Positions 37,715-47,277 of a stretch of 64,000 nucleotides of DNA are shown here, in pieces. The DNA lies in NCBI GenBank assembly GCA_038065475.1, contig JBBTQY010000015.1, positions 6,608 through 70,607 on the forward strand. Direction: 5' to 3'. Made by a program: the position numbers and the translations under genes. The notes under the pieces were generated by a model, which saw nothing but the letters and a program-made list of their open reading frames with translations, ran no database searches and was not told where the DNA came from. Numbering within the stretch: position 1 is the stretch's first letter; the number at the start of each line of letters is the position of its first letter. Source of the stretch: Patescibacteria group bacterium (GTDB taxonomy: Bacteria; Patescibacteriota; Minisyncoccia; Ryanbacterales; GWA2-47-10b).

Positions 37715-38449
37715 TTATTTTTCGTACTGACGCGTGATAAGCCACCAGCGCACCTTAACGGTCTCGAGCAGTACGCCGATGTAGCCCGAAAGTTTTACGT
37801 GACTCGCTGCATCATTCACCCAATAAGCGGGTACAAAAGCAATTGAAAACCCAAAGTGACGCGCGAGCGCCAATGCTTCAATATCAAAACCCCAACGGTC
37901 AATCTTGGATACGGCAAAAATCTTCTCTGCTGATTTTTTATTGAACGCTTTAAATCCGCATTGAGTGTCCCAAATGCCGTAAACCGCTACAATCTGGATA
38001 AAAAGATTTCCCATGTTGCCCATCATCCGTTTTGCAAAAGGCTGAGGTACTGCTTGGCGCGCACCAGGCGCATCTTTTTCATCACGCGAGCAGATGACGA
38101 TATCTTTACCTGCATCAAAAAGTGGCTTCATCTTGGCAAAATGACTAATATCAGTCGAATTATCTGCGTCAGTAAAAAGGCGAACTTGCCCACGAGCCGC
38201 CATCATCCCCTCACGCACGGTATACCCCTTGCCCCGATTTTCTTTGCGATCGATAACATGCACATTATCTTTGCCTGATGCAAACGCTTGGGCAACGCGA
38301 GCGGTGCCGTCTTTTGCGCCGTCGATAGCAATAACAATCTCTGAAGAAAACGTCTGTGTGCCAAGCCACTTCTCTATCGCAGCAAGCGTGGTACTAATAC
38401 GCTTTTCTTCGTTGTATGCGGGTATGATGACCGACAGATAGGGTTCCAT
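37715..38449 (-). CDS. Family 2 glycosyltransferase (dolichyl-phosphate / polyprenyl-phosphate glycosyltransferase-like)
   Basis: The N-terminus SVIIPAYNEEKRI and the DAD and DTQCGFKAF motifs are present. Confidence 0.75.
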   Translation of the reverse strand: MEPYLSVIIPAYNEEKRISTTLAAIEKWLGTQTFSSEIVIAIDGAKDGTARVAQAFASGKDNVHVIDRKENRGKGYTVREGMMAARGQVRLFTDADNSTDISHFAKMKPLFDAGKDIVICSRDEKDAPGARQAVPQPFAKRMMGNMGNLFIQIVAVYGIWDTQCGFKAFNKKSAEKIFAVSKIDRWGFDIEALALARHFGFSIAFVPAYWVNDAASHVKLSGYIGVLLETVKVRWWLITRQYEK

Positions 38450-38454
38450 GTCCC

Positions 38455-38853
38455 CTATAGTAGCATATTCTTGCGTCGCTCCAAGTAACTTTGGAGGATA
38501 ATAGCAGCGGCGGACGCATCAATAGCACCCTTGGTGCCACCCTGCCGCGTCACCTCGCTCGAAGAAAGAAATTCGTCCTCAAGTTCGACAGGAACACCGA
38601 ATGATTCAAGACTTTTTGCAAACGCGCGCACCTCTCCCGTCATGTCCGTATCGTGCATATCTCCAAGCGCACGGGGCAAGCCCACCACAATACGTGTCAC
38701 CTGTTCTTTTTTTACTAAATCGCCAATGTCATCGACAAGTCGCTTATTGTTCTCAAGAATTTTATGGGGAAATGCCATGGTGCCTGCGTCATCCGAGAGC
38801 GCAGTGCCTACACGCCTGCCACCGTAATCAATACCAAGCATGCGCATCATCAT
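38455..38853 (-). CDS. ruvX: Holliday junction resolvase-like protein YqgF/RuvX
   Basis: GIDYGGRRVGTALSD...RIVVGLP...DE..SS is present. Confidence 0.8.
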   Translation of the reverse strand: MMMRMLGIDYGGRRVGTALSDDAGTMAFPHKILENNKRLVDDIGDLVKKEQVTRIVVGLPRALGDMHDTDMTGEVRAFAKSLESFGVPVELEDEFLSSSEVTRQGGTKGAIDASAAAIILQSYLERRKNMLL

Positions 38854-38855
38854 AT

Positions 38856-39620
38856 CTACTCAACTTTCGTAATAATCTCTGATCCTCTTTTTGTAACCAA
38901 AAGCGTATGTTCAAAATGCGCAGCAGGTTTGCCATCGCGTGTTGACCAAACCCAGCCATCTTTACTCACTTTTATTTTTGGCGAGCCCAATGTCACCATC
39001 GGTTCGAGCGCTATCACCATGCCCTCGCGCAATACTTCGCGCGTTCCGCGCTCGCCCCAGTTTGGTATCTCGGGATCTTCATGTACCTTGTCGCCAACAC
39101 CGTGCCCTACGAGTTCGCGTACGACGCCGAAGCCCTCGCCTTCTACATATTCTTGAATAGCCGCGCCAATATCACCGATGTGCACGCCATCACGCACGAC
39201 GCCAATTCCAATCTCGAGTGCGCGACGTGTCACCTCAATTAGCTTCTTTTGTTCATATGAAATCTTGCCAACTGCCACAGTGATTGCTGTGTCGGTAAAA
39301 ATACCCTCATACTGCATACCAATATCAAGACCGACGATATCACCCTCGATAAGCGCGCGCTCGCCCGGGATACCATGCACTATTTCATCATTGACCGAGA
39401 CACAAAGTGTCGCAGGATATGCATGCTTGGTGCCATCAGTACGATAATCTTTAAACGACGGGCGCCCGCCAGATTTTATGATCAACTCTTCTGCGAGTGC
39501 ATCAAGCTCACGCGTAGTAACGCCCGGCGCCACACGTGCTCGCACAGCCGCAAGAACAGCAGCAAGCCGCTTGCCACCCTCACGAAGATTTTTTATTTGT
39601 TGATCGTTTTGTATGGTCAT
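38856..39620 (-). CDS. map: Methionine aminopeptidase type I
   Basis: The pita-bread fold is present with the metal-ligand context VHGIP...D...H...E. Confidence 0.9.
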   Translation of the reverse strand: MTIQNDQQIKNLREGGKRLAAVLAAVRARVAPGVTTRELDALAEELIIKSGGRPSFKDYRTDGTKHAYPATLCVSVNDEIVHGIPGERALIEGDIVGLDIGMQYEGIFTDTAITVAVGKISYEQKKLIEVTRRALEIGIGVVRDGVHIGDIGAAIQEYVEGEGFGVVRELVGHGVGDKVHEDPEIPNWGERGTREVLREGMVIALEPMVTLGSPKIKVSKDGWVWSTRDGKPAAHFEHTLLVTKRGSEIITKVE

Positions 39621-40309
39621 GAAGCGATGCTTTGTATTTTTTCGTTGACACGTTCGTGAATCTCTTCGGGAGTTCCTTCGCCTGCCACTTCGAGTACCGG
39701 TACACCAATTGCCACCGCAAACGGGACAATTTCTTTGGTATGCCGCAAATACTCAACGAGGCGTTTTTCGATAATATCTTCTTTATCGAGCACGCGGCGG
39801 ATAAGTTCGCCCCCGCATACAGGGCAAAAATCCATCGCGTCATTTTCTGGCGTCGAGATGAGCGGCTGGCCGCATTTTTTACATATGCGCCGGCGTGAAT
39901 TGCGACCGATAGAAACTTCTGGTGGCACTTCAATGTTTATGATCGCCGTCTGCCCTTCACCATAGATACTCGCGAGAAACGGTATGATAAACTCCGCCTC
40001 TTCTCGCGTGCGTGGAGACCCGGACAAGATAATACCAAGCCCTTCGTGCGCGATTTGCTTAACCCCGTCAGTGATGATCTGCATCTTGAAATGTGAACCG
40101 GTGAGATATCCTTTCTCAAAACGCTCGCGTTCAAGACGCACCTCGGGATCATTTTGACGCTTGGGATCGGCAAGTGCTTTTTCAATCGCACGACCGGTAT
40201 CAAAATGACGATACCCGCCGTGATTTTCCACAAAGAGATTTGCCTGCGTACCCTTACCCGCCCCCGGTGGGCCAATGAAAATGATAACCGCGGGGTGGGG
40301 CAACGTCAT
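39617..40309 (-). CDS. adk: Adenylate kinase (with a zinc-binding lid)
   Basis: A P-loop GPPGAGKGTQ and lid cysteines CKKCG...CPVCGG are present. The start was chosen at MTLPHPAV; the longest ORF would begin at 40330. Confidence 0.9.
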   Translation of the reverse strand: MTLPHPAVIIFIGPPGAGKGTQANLFVENHGGYRHFDTGRAIEKALADPKRQNDPEVRLERERFEKGYLTGSHFKMQIITDGVKQIAHEGLGIILSGSPRTREEAEFIIPFLASIYGEGQTAIINIEVPPEVSIGRNSRRRICKKCGQPLISTPENDAMDFCPVCGGELIRRVLDKEDIIEKRLVEYLRHTKEIVPFAVAIGVPVLEVAGEGTPEEIHERVNEKIQSIAS

Positions 40310-40359
40310 ATTTTTAGTATTGCACGCCAAACGCCATTAGGCGAGTCTTTAGAGAAAAA

Positions 40360-40623
40360 CTACTTTTTGTAGACATCGTGACTTCCGACGGCTAGAAAAA
40401 CAGCCGCGTCTTTCTTCTCGTATATAAATACGATTCTTGTCTGATAGTTAACTGAAAAACTATATCTTCCTGCAAGACGCCCTTTGAGTTTGTGTACTTT
40501 TAATTGCTTGTGATTTTTTATATTTTTGAACAGCTCAAGCTTTTCTACCACTTCTTCCTGAAGTTCTTCTTCGAGTGCATTGAATTGGCGTATAAAAGTG
40601 GGCTTGAAACTAACTTGTATCAT
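40360..40623 (-). CDS. parE: Type II toxin, RelE/ParE family
   Basis: An 87-aa ORF with ...HKLKGRLAGRYSFSVNYQTRIVF...AVFLAVGSHDVYKK. It overlaps the upstream antitoxin gene by 4 nt. Confidence 0.65.
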   Translation of the reverse strand: MIQVSFKPTFIRQFNALEEELQEEVVEKLELFKNIKNHKQLKVHKLKGRLAGRYSFSVNYQTRIVFIYEKKDAAVFLAVGSHDVYKK

Positions 40624-40829
40624 TTGAGTTTCTTGGCAAGCGCCCTCAAATCACCCCTCAAAGTGGGTTCTGTCTCCGCCTTGAGCACAGCCTCTACCGC
40701 CTCTTCTTCGGCAAGGAGTACGAGCGCGTGGCGAACAACGGCCGCTTTATTGGCTGCCTTTCCCAGTTTTACCTGCTTTTTTATAAATTCCTCAAGATGG
40801 GGGGGTACGGGTACTGATAGTGTAGTCAT
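40620..40829 (-). CDS. parD: Type II antitoxin, ParD/RHH-like
   Basis: A 69-aa ORF with ...LEEFIKKQVKLGKAANKAAVVRHALVLL..., which fits the ParD pattern (FI...V..G.Y.S.SEVVR.ALRLL). Confidence 0.6.
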   Translation of the reverse strand: MTTLSVPVPPHLEEFIKKQVKLGKAANKAAVVRHALVLLAEEEAVEAVLKAETEPTLRGDLRALAKKLK

Positions 40830-40837
40830 GATAGTTC

Positions 40838-40872
40838 TTTATGATAAAATAATATGATATTATCATATATCT
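40838..40872. promoter_or_regulatory. AT-rich palindromic region upstream of parD (candidate operator/promoter)
   Basis: ATGATAA-(12 nt)-TTATCAT lies within an AT-rich tract directly 5' of the antitoxin start. Confidence 0.3.
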
Positions 40873-40902
40873 TGCGCGCAAGATCGTCAATATTCGCCGT
40901 CT

Positions 40903-41430
40903 CTACTTCCGTTCTTCCCTTGCTCGCCTCTCAAGTCCTTCCATATACTCATCTTTAAACTTACGATAAGCGCCGTAATCATCAGGATATTTTTCGTAAA
41001 GCCCCCTTTTCAATTGAGAGTATTTACTCACCTCGTCGGGGTGCCGACGTAGGTAATCTCTGATTACCAGCATTTCCTCAACATGCGGATGACTTTCTTC
41101 AAAGACATGAACATTAAAAATACTAAAACCGTCTTCCACTTTTCGAAAAAGATAAGAATCTGGTTTTATATATTCTGGTAAAAACTCGTACCCGAGAGTT
41201 CTCATCTGGACAACATATTTTTTTGCCGACGTAAGAACTTTGACAGAAATTACAATATCAATGACCGACTTCCCATCCATACCCGGAACAGCGGAGCTTC
41301 CGATATGCTCAATGGAAAGTGCGTCTTCCCCAAAGATTTTATTCAGAACTTTCGCTTCTTCTTCAAACAGCTTTGGCCAACTTGGATTATACGCTTGTAC
41401 GCGGTATTTGCGCCCCTCGTAGGAGTTCAT
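40903..41430 (-). CDS. grpB: GrpB family (UPF0157) nucleotidyltransferase-fold protein
   Basis: A 175-aa ORF with ...IEHIGSSAVPGMDGKSVIDI...NVHVFEE...HL..RDYLR.HPD... typical of GrpB. Confidence 0.65.
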   Translation of the reverse strand: MNSYEGRKYRVQAYNPSWPKLFEEEAKVLNKIFGEDALSIEHIGSSAVPGMDGKSVIDIVISVKVLTSAKKYVVQMRTLGYEFLPEYIKPDSYLFRKVEDGFSIFNVHVFEESHPHVEEMLVIRDYLRRHPDEVSKYSQLKRGLYEKYPDDYGAYRKFKDEYMEGLERRAREERK

Positions 41431-41506
41431 AGTAAATATGATAACATGAAAAAATTCCGATCTTGTTAGCGATCAAATGGCCAAGAGATTAGTCGGGTAG
41501 TGACAT

Positions 41507-42766
41507 CTAGTCGTACTCGCGAAGAGTCATCTGCGCGCGTACTTGCTTGATAGTTTCAATAACTACCGAGACAACGATAAGGAGTGCAGTGCCGCCAAGA
41601 GCCAGCGCTTGCGTACCCGTAATCGTTTGCATGGCGAGTGGGAGGACTGCGATAGCACCCAAGAAGAGTGCGCCCACCAAGGTAATACGCGTGATAAGTT
41701 TGCGAAGATATTCAGAGGTTGAAGGGCCTGGGCGAATGCCTGGGATAAAACCGCCTTGTTTCTGCAAGTTCGAAGAGATCGCGTCAGGATCAAAGGTCAC
41801 TGACGTGTAGAAATAGGTAAAGAGAAATACAAGCAAAAAGTACATGCCGCCGTAAATCCACTGATTGTTGGAGATCGTCAAAAGCGTATTACCAACACCT
41901 GCGATGGCAGGATATCGAGATGCCGCAAACATGTTGCCAATAAGTGATGGAAAAAGCAAAATAGAAATTGCGAAAATAATCGGAATAACACCGGCTTGGT
42001 TTACACGAAGCGGAAGATAGGTCGATACTCCCCCGTACATGCGCATACCACGCACGCGCTTGGTGTATGAAATCGGGATTGGACGCTCAGCCTCCGTAAT
42101 GATCACCGTACCTGCAATGATGAGTGGAGCAGCAATCAAGAACGCAAGAATAGTTGGTAACTGGGAGGCATCATAGGCAAAGAGAGTCTGCTGAACGCTC
42201 GAGGGAACACCCGCCACGATACCAGCAAAGATCAAAAGTGAAATGCCGTTACCAATACCGTATTCGGATACTACCTCACCAATCCACATGAGAAGCAGCG
42301 CTCCACCGGTAACAACAATGAGGTTGGTGATCAAGTCAAAAGCACCGAGCTTCGGGATAATATTCTGCTGCATCAAAAGTGCTAAAAGCGCATACCCCTG
42401 CAAAAACGAAAGAGGCACGGCAAGCATGCGCGAGTACTGATTGAATTTTTTGCGGCCTGTCTGACCATCTTCCTGATACATTTCTTTGAGCGATGGGAAG
42501 ATCATAGTGAACAACTGCATGATGATCGATGCTGTGATATAGGGCCCTACGCCAAGCATCACGATGGAGACATTATCGAGTGCGCCACCCGAGAAAATAT
42601 TGAGAAGTCCCAAAAAGTTGCTGCCCAAAAAATCAGGCCGCACGCGAGGATCAAATGCGGGAATAGGAATAATGGCAAGAAAACGAAAGAGTGCCAAAAA
42701 TCCGAGCACGACGAGGATGCGTCTCCGCAAATCTCTGTCTTTAAGTGCTTGCCACATATTTGCCAT
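41507..42766 (-). CDS. secY: Preprotein translocase subunit SecY
   Basis: A 419-aa ORF with 10 transmembrane helices and a canonical SecY N-terminus. Confidence 0.9.
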   Translation of the reverse strand: MANMWQALKDRDLRRRILVVLGFLALFRFLAIIPIPAFDPRVRPDFLGSNFLGLLNIFSGGALDNVSIVMLGVGPYITASIIMQLFTMIFPSLKEMYQEDGQTGRKKFNQYSRMLAVPLSFLQGYALLALLMQQNIIPKLGAFDLITNLIVVTGGALLLMWIGEVVSEYGIGNGISLLIFAGIVAGVPSSVQQTLFAYDASQLPTILAFLIAAPLIIAGTVIITEAERPIPISYTKRVRGMRMYGGVSTYLPLRVNQAGVIPIIFAISILLFPSLIGNMFAASRYPAIAGVGNTLLTISNNQWIYGGMYFLLVFLFTYFYTSVTFDPDAISSNLQKQGGFIPGIRPGPSTSEYLRKLITRITLVGALFLGAIAVLPLAMQTITGTQALALGGTALLIVVSVVIETIKQVRAQMTLREYD

Positions 42767-42768
42767 AA

Positions 42769-43167
42769 TTATTTTTGAAGATTAGCGGAGATTTCGCAAC
42801 CTTTGATTGCAAACGCTGAAATGGTACCGGGGCCTACGATCTTAACAGCGGGAATTTTGCCACCGATACGCTTGATAAGCCCCCTCTTGTAGAGCTCTTT
42901 GGGGGTGATGACTTCGCCTTTCTGAAACTTCTTTGCGAGAGCAGAAAGTTTGATTGAGATTGAATTACGCGGAATAAAATACACGGCATGACCTCGGCGC
43001 TTTGGAATTTTCATGATAAGGTCGCGCATCTCAGGGCGAATGCGGCGACCTGCGCGTGCTTTTTGACCCTTGATACCACGGCCGGAAAAACTGCCGCGCT
43101 TGCCGCCTCTGCCAATACGTACTGCTTTTTTGCGGGGACTACCCGTTTTTACGCTGTGTAATTGCAT
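42769..43167 (-). CDS. rplO: 50S ribosomal protein L15
   Basis: MQLHSVKTGSPRKKAVRIGRGGKRGSFSGRGIKGQKARAG... The start was chosen at MQLH (43167). It overlaps the rpsE 3' end by 29 nt. No L30 gene lies between rpsE and rplO. Confidence 0.8.
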   Translation of the reverse strand: MQLHSVKTGSPRKKAVRIGRGGKRGSFSGRGIKGQKARAGRRIRPEMRDLIMKIPKRRGHAVYFIPRNSISIKLSALAKKFQKGEVITPKELYKRGLIKRIGGKIPAVKIVGPGTISAFAIKGCEISANLQK

Positions 43168-43666
43168 ATGGTCGTAATTGCTTGAGTGCCAAAATGGCTG
43201 CTCGAGCATTGTTAAGTTTATTGGTCGTACGCGACAAAAGTTTCGCACTCGCATTCTCGATACCAGCAAAATCAAGCACCGTGCGGATCGGACCACCTGC
43301 TACCAATCCTCTACCCTCGCGGGCCGGTTTCAAGAGCAAACGAGTCGAGCCGAGTTTTGCTTCAACCTCATAGGGAATTGATTTTGACTTGGTGATCGGT
43401 ACGACAATGACTGATGCACGAGCAACGCGAAGCGCCTTCTCGATTGATTTTGCGGTGTCATTGCCTTTGGCAACACCGACGCCGACGCGGCCGAGCTTGT
43501 CACCATAGACAACCGTCGCGCGAAAACTAAAGCGACGACCGCCCCTCATAACACGAGCTACACGACGAAGATCGATAAGGCGGTGATGCCCCTCTTCAGC
43601 CGGACGCTCTCTACGCGGCCTGTTTGATGGTCTTCCTCCTGACCGTTGTTGTGGTTGTGGTGCCAT
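43139..43666 (-). CDS. rpsE: 30S ribosomal protein S5
   Basis: The S5 core is present (RVARVMRGGRRFSFRATVVYGD...GVGVAKG...). Confidence 0.9.
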   Translation of the reverse strand: MAPQPQQRSGGRPSNRPRRERPAEEGHHRLIDLRRVARVMRGGRRFSFRATVVYGDKLGRVGVGVAKGNDTAKSIEKALRVARASVIVVPITKSKSIPYEVEAKLGSTRLLLKPAREGRGLVAGGPIRTVLDFAGIENASAKLLSRTTNKLNNARAAILALKQLRPYAITQRKNG

Positions 43667-43669
43667 ATA

Positions 43670-44017
43670 TTAGAATTCCAATCCTCCTTCGCGAGCCGCC
43701 TCGGCAAATGCGCGCACGCGTCCGTGATACTGATAACCTCCGCGATCAAATACGACTTTGGTGATACCTTTTTCTTTTGCCTTGTCAGCGATAAGTTTGC
43801 CAAGCGCACGTGCACGATCTTGCTTGGTGCCTTTGAGCTTCATTGCCATATCAGAAAGACCTACAATCGTGAGGCCTTTGGTGTCATCGATAACCTGCAC
43901 CTGAAGATAGCGAGAAGAACGAGAAAGTGCAAGGCGCGGACGTACATCCGAACCCGACACCTTCGCGCGTACGCGGCGGTGACGATTAGCAGTGCGTTGT
44001 TTTGCTGTCTGTTTCAT
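43670..44017 (-). CDS. rplR: 50S ribosomal protein L18
   Basis: ...RPRLALSRSSRYLQVQVIDD...GYQYHGRVRAFAEAAREGGLEF. Confidence 0.9.
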   Translation of the reverse strand: MKQTAKQRTANRHRRVRAKVSGSDVRPRLALSRSSRYLQVQVIDDTKGLTIVGLSDMAMKLKGTKQDRARALGKLIADKAKEKGITKVVFDRGGYQYHGRVRAFAEAAREGGLEF

Positions 44018-44022
44018 AGAGA

Positions 44023-44565
44023 TTATGCGCCCGATGACGCCTTCTTACCTGCCTTTCTGCGCACGACCTCGCCCGCATAGCGAATACCCTTGCCCTTGTA
44101 GGGCTCGGGTTTTTTGAGTGCGCGGATTTCTGCCGCGGCCTTTCCTACTGCGTCCTTTGAAATACCAGAAACCAAGATAGTGTTTTTCTCAACTTTGAGC
44201 TCAACACCATCGGGTGCAGGAAAAAGAACGGGGTGGGAAAACCCGAGTGCCAATTCAACATCCTTACCTTTTTGTGTGGCACGGAATCCTACGCCTTCAA
44301 TCTCAAGCTTGATATCATATCCTGCAGTCACACCCTTCACCATGTTGGCGATATGTGCGCGCATCGTTCCCCAAAGCTTGAGTGCTTCGCGCGTCTGATG
44401 CAACGGCGAGATCGTCACTATATTATTTTCTTGGGTAACACCAATATCAAAAGGAAGCGCGCGCTTGAGGGTGCCTTTCGGTCCTTTAACCTCCACAAAA
44501 CCAGCGGAGACTGCAACAGTCACGCCATCGGGAAGCACTACGGGTTGTTTACCAATACGACTCAT
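44023..44565 (-). CDS. rplF: 50S ribosomal protein L6
   Basis: MSRIGKQPVVLPDGVTV... is the canonical L6 sequence. Confidence 0.9.
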   Translation of the reverse strand: MSRIGKQPVVLPDGVTVAVSAGFVEVKGPKGTLKRALPFDIGVTQENNIVTISPLHQTREALKLWGTMRAHIANMVKGVTAGYDIKLEIEGVGFRATQKGKDVELALGFSHPVLFPAPDGVELKVEKNTILVSGISKDAVGKAAAEIRALKKPEPYKGKGIRYAGEVVRRKAGKKASSGA

Positions 44566-44571
44566 ATATAG

Positions 44572-44967
44572 TTACCAAATTTCAAATAAAACTTCGCCGC
44601 CAACGCGTGCCTTGCGCGCTTCACGATCCGTCATCAAACCCTTTGAGGTAGAGATAACTTGTACGCCGTATCCATGCTTGATGCTATGGATCTCGCTCGC
44701 TCCGCGATACACACGGCGTGAGAGCTTTGAGATACGGCGAGCACCATCGATACGTCCTTCCCCTTCTGGGTTGTAAGCGAGGGTTACCTCGATGTAACGC
44801 TTTGCGCGCTTGCCTCGGCGATCAATCTTCTTGATGTAAGAAGATTGTTCAAGAACTTTTGATACCTCCCACAAAAATTTTGAATACGGAACAAGCGTCG
44901 TCTCGCGACGAGCAGCCTGTGCGTTCTTCACGCGTACCAAAAAGTCTGAAAGTGGATCTCTTACCAT
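44572..44967 (-). CDS. rpsH: 30S ribosomal protein S8
   Basis: DPLSDFLVRVKNAQ... is the canonical S8 sequence. Confidence 0.9.
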   Translation of the reverse strand: MVRDPLSDFLVRVKNAQAARRETTLVPYSKFLWEVSKVLEQSSYIKKIDRRGKRAKRYIEVTLAYNPEGEGRIDGARRISKLSRRVYRGASEIHSIKHGYGVQVISTSKGLMTDREARKARVGGEVLFEIW

Positions 44968-45146
44968 GATGATTTTTTAATGCCCGGCAGCATACCTTCG
45001 TTGGCAAGTTCGCGGAAACAAATGCGACATAAGTCGAAATCACGCATATAGCCGCGTTTGCGGCCGCAACGAAAGCATCGGCGAACGATTCGCGTCGAGA
45101 ACTTTGGTTTGCGTGTTGCGCGTATGCGCACTGATGTTTTTGCCAT
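44961..45146 (-). CDS. rpsZ: 30S ribosomal protein S14, type Z (zinc-binding)
   Basis: MAKTSVRIRATRKPKFSTRIVRRCFRCGRKRGYMRDFDLCRICFRELANEGMLPGIKKSSW carries a C-x2-C...C-x2-C arrangement. The start was chosen at MAKTSV. Confidence 0.85.
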   Translation of the reverse strand: MAKTSVRIRATRKPKFSTRIVRRCFRCGRKRGYMRDFDLCRICFRELANEGMLPGIKKSSW

Positions 45147-45174
45147 ATAAGGTCGCTCTAGTATACTGAAAAAA

Positions 45175-45714
45175 TTACTTTTTAGCAAGCGGAAACCCGA
45201 GCAAGCGAAAGAGGGTTTCTGCTTTTTCTTTCGACCCGGCGTTGGTTACCACCGTCACCTGAATGCTATAAATACGACGCACATCCTCACCGATCATCTC
45301 GGGGAAAATAATATTTTCGCGGATACCTACATGAAGATTGCCGTGCTCGTCTACCGATGAGAGCGGAATACCGCGGAAGTCACGCATGCGAGGAATAGCT
45401 GAATTTACAAAGCGATCAAGAAAATCGTTCATACGCTTGCCACGCAAGGTGACACGATAACCGACGAGTGAACCAACGCGCGTCTTAAATGATGCGATAG
45501 CAATGCGTGCTGGACGCTTTTGAGGCTTCTGGCCCGTTACCATTTCCAAGAAGCGCGCGAGCTCTTCGCGCTCTTTATCATCTTTGAGGCGTCCGACACC
45601 AGCGTTGACAATCACTTTGAGAACGCGCGGGACGGCAAAAATATTTTTTGTCCCATGTTCTTTTTGGAATGTCGGGAGCGCTTTTTCTTTATGTATTTCT
45701 GAAATTCGTTTCAT
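45175..45714 (-). CDS. rplE: 50S ribosomal protein L5
   Basis: Canonical L5 sequence. Confidence 0.9.
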   Translation of the reverse strand: MKRISEIHKEKALPTFQKEHGTKNIFAVPRVLKVIVNAGVGRLKDDKEREELARFLEMVTGQKPQKRPARIAIASFKTRVGSLVGYRVTLRGKRMNDFLDRFVNSAIPRMRDFRGIPLSSVDEHGNLHVGIRENIIFPEMIGEDVRRIYSIQVTVVTNAGSKEKAETLFRLLGFPLAKK

Positions 45715-45723
45715 ATAATCTCC

Positions 45724-46041
45724 TTAGGAAAGACTTGCCTTACATTTCTTGCAAACGCGCGTCTTTGTACCATCATGCATCTCAAAACCCACGCGGGTTA
45801 TCTTGCTGCATGAAGGACACAAGACCTGCACATTGGCTGCCCATACTGGATGGTTTACCTTTACGCGCTGACCTTTTTCTCCCCCACGGCGTGGGCGAGT
45901 GTGGCGAGTCTTTTCATTGACACCCTCAACAACTATCTTGCCGAGGACAGGAAAGGTGCGAAGGATCTTACCCTTCTTGCCATGATCTTTTCCTTTCATA
46001 ACGACGACAGTGTCGCCTTTTTTGAGTTTAAGCGTATTCAT
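45724..46041 (-). CDS. rplX: 50S ribosomal protein L24 (with a C-terminal C4 zinc-ribbon-like extension)
   Basis: A KOW-type sequence KKGDTVVVMKGKDHGKKGKI is followed by a C-terminus ...CPSCSKITRVGFEMHDGTKTRVCKKCKASLS. Confidence 0.85.
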   Translation of the reverse strand: MNTLKLKKGDTVVVMKGKDHGKKGKILRTFPVLGKIVVEGVNEKTRHTRPRRGGEKGQRVKVNHPVWAANVQVLCPSCSKITRVGFEMHDGTKTRVCKKCKASLS

Positions 46042-46409
46042 TAGAGTACCTCCTGTGCGAGTGAAATAATCTTGGTATACCCAAGGTCGCGAAGTTCTCG
46101 CGCAATGGGGCCGAAGATACGACCGCCTCTAGGCTCGCCCTTTGCATCAATCACGACTGCTGCATTGTCATCAAAACGGATATACGAACCGTCTTTGCGG
46201 CGCAACGGTGCGCGCTGGCGCACGATAACCGCGCGGACGATTTCTTTTTTCTTGAGCGTTTTGCGGGGTTCGGCAATCTGTACTGATGCGATCACAATAT
46301 CGCCGATGCGCGCATAACGCTTGCGGGTACCACCGAGCACCTTGAACACACGGATGATGCGTGCACCCGTATTATCTGCTACTACCAATAGTGATCGTGG
46401 TTGTACCAT
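46041..46409 (-). CDS. rplN: 50S ribosomal protein L14
   Basis: Canonical L14 sequence. Confidence 0.9.
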   Translation of the reverse strand: MVQPRSLLVVADNTGARIIRVFKVLGGTRKRYARIGDIVIASVQIAEPRKTLKKKEIVRAVIVRQRAPLRRKDGSYIRFDDNAAVVIDAKGEPRGGRIFGPIARELRDLGYTKIISLAQEVL

Positions 46410-46418
46410 ATATCTCCT

Positions 46419-46664
46419 TTATTTCTGTTCCTTTACCGCTGTCCAACGCTTGTCGCGTGACATGCGCGGGATTGGCATCAAGGTGACCTTGTCCCCTTCT
46501 TTCAAAGAGTTGTCCTCGATGTGTGCTTTGTAACGCTTTGAGACACGCATAAATTTATGATACTTTGGGTGTTTTTTCAAGCGTGCAACCTCAACAACCA
46601 CGGTCTTTTGCATTTTGGCCGAGACTACCGTACCTTTTAATTTTTGGATGTGTTTGGTTGTCAT
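46419..46664 (-). CDS. rpsQ: 30S ribosomal protein S17
   Basis: Canonical S17 sequence. Confidence 0.85.
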   Translation of the reverse strand: MTTKHIQKLKGTVVSAKMQKTVVVEVARLKKHPKYHKFMRVSKRYKAHIEDNSLKEGDKVTLMPIPRMSRDKRWTAVKEQK

Positions 46665-46849
46665 GATTGTTTTTCTCCCAAAAGTGTGAGAATGCGTGCG
46701 CGCTCTCGCCTGAGTCCGCGCACCTCTTTGACATTCTTTGAACGTGCGCGAAGGTGGTGAAAGGTAGACTCTGCGATCTTTTGATTGGTTGATTTCAAAA
46801 TCTCGAGAAGTTCCGCCTCTGTTTTGGTTCGTAAATCTTTTGCTTTCAT
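46661..46849 (-). CDS. rpmC: 50S ribosomal protein L29
   Basis: A 62-aa ORF: MKAKDLRTKTEAELLEIL... Confidence 0.8.
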   Translation of the reverse strand: MKAKDLRTKTEAELLEILKSTNQKIAESTFHHLRARSKNVKEVRGLRRERARILTLLGEKQS

Positions 46850-46858
46850 ATAATCTCC

Positions 46859-47272
46859 TTACCCGCGGGCTACGAACTTGATCTTGACGGGTAATTTGGC
46901 ACCGGCCTTGCGTATCGCCTCGCGTGCTGCTTCCTCTGAGATACCATCTATCTCGAAGAGTACGCGGCCTGGTCGTACGGGAAACACATAGTGGTCAGGC
47001 GCACCCTTACCGCCACCCATCGTTACTTCGGGAGGGCGGCGCGTGATCGGCTTGTCAGGAAAGATACGAATCCAGAGCTTGCCACTCTTTTGCATAGAAC
47101 GCGTGAGCACCTTGCGAGCAGCTTCAATCTGGCGTGAGTTGATCCACGCAGTACTGTCTGCCTTGAGCGCATACTGGCCAAAAGAAACTTTCACACCACG
47201 CGTCTCAACCGTGCGCTTGCGAGAACGACCCTTTTGCCATTTGCGATATTTGACCTTTTTGGGGACTAACAT
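46859..47272 (-). CDS. rplP: 50S ribosomal protein L16
   Basis: [16 protein letters not shown]... is the canonical L16 sequence. Confidence 0.9.
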   Translation of the reverse strand: MLVPKKVKYRKWQKGRSRKRTVETRGVKVSFGQYALKADSTAWINSRQIEAARKVLTRSMQKSGKLWIRIFPDKPITRRPPEVTMGGGKGAPDHYVFPVRPGRVLFEIDGISEEAAREAIRKAGAKLPVKIKFVARG

Positions 47273-47277
47273 ATGTT

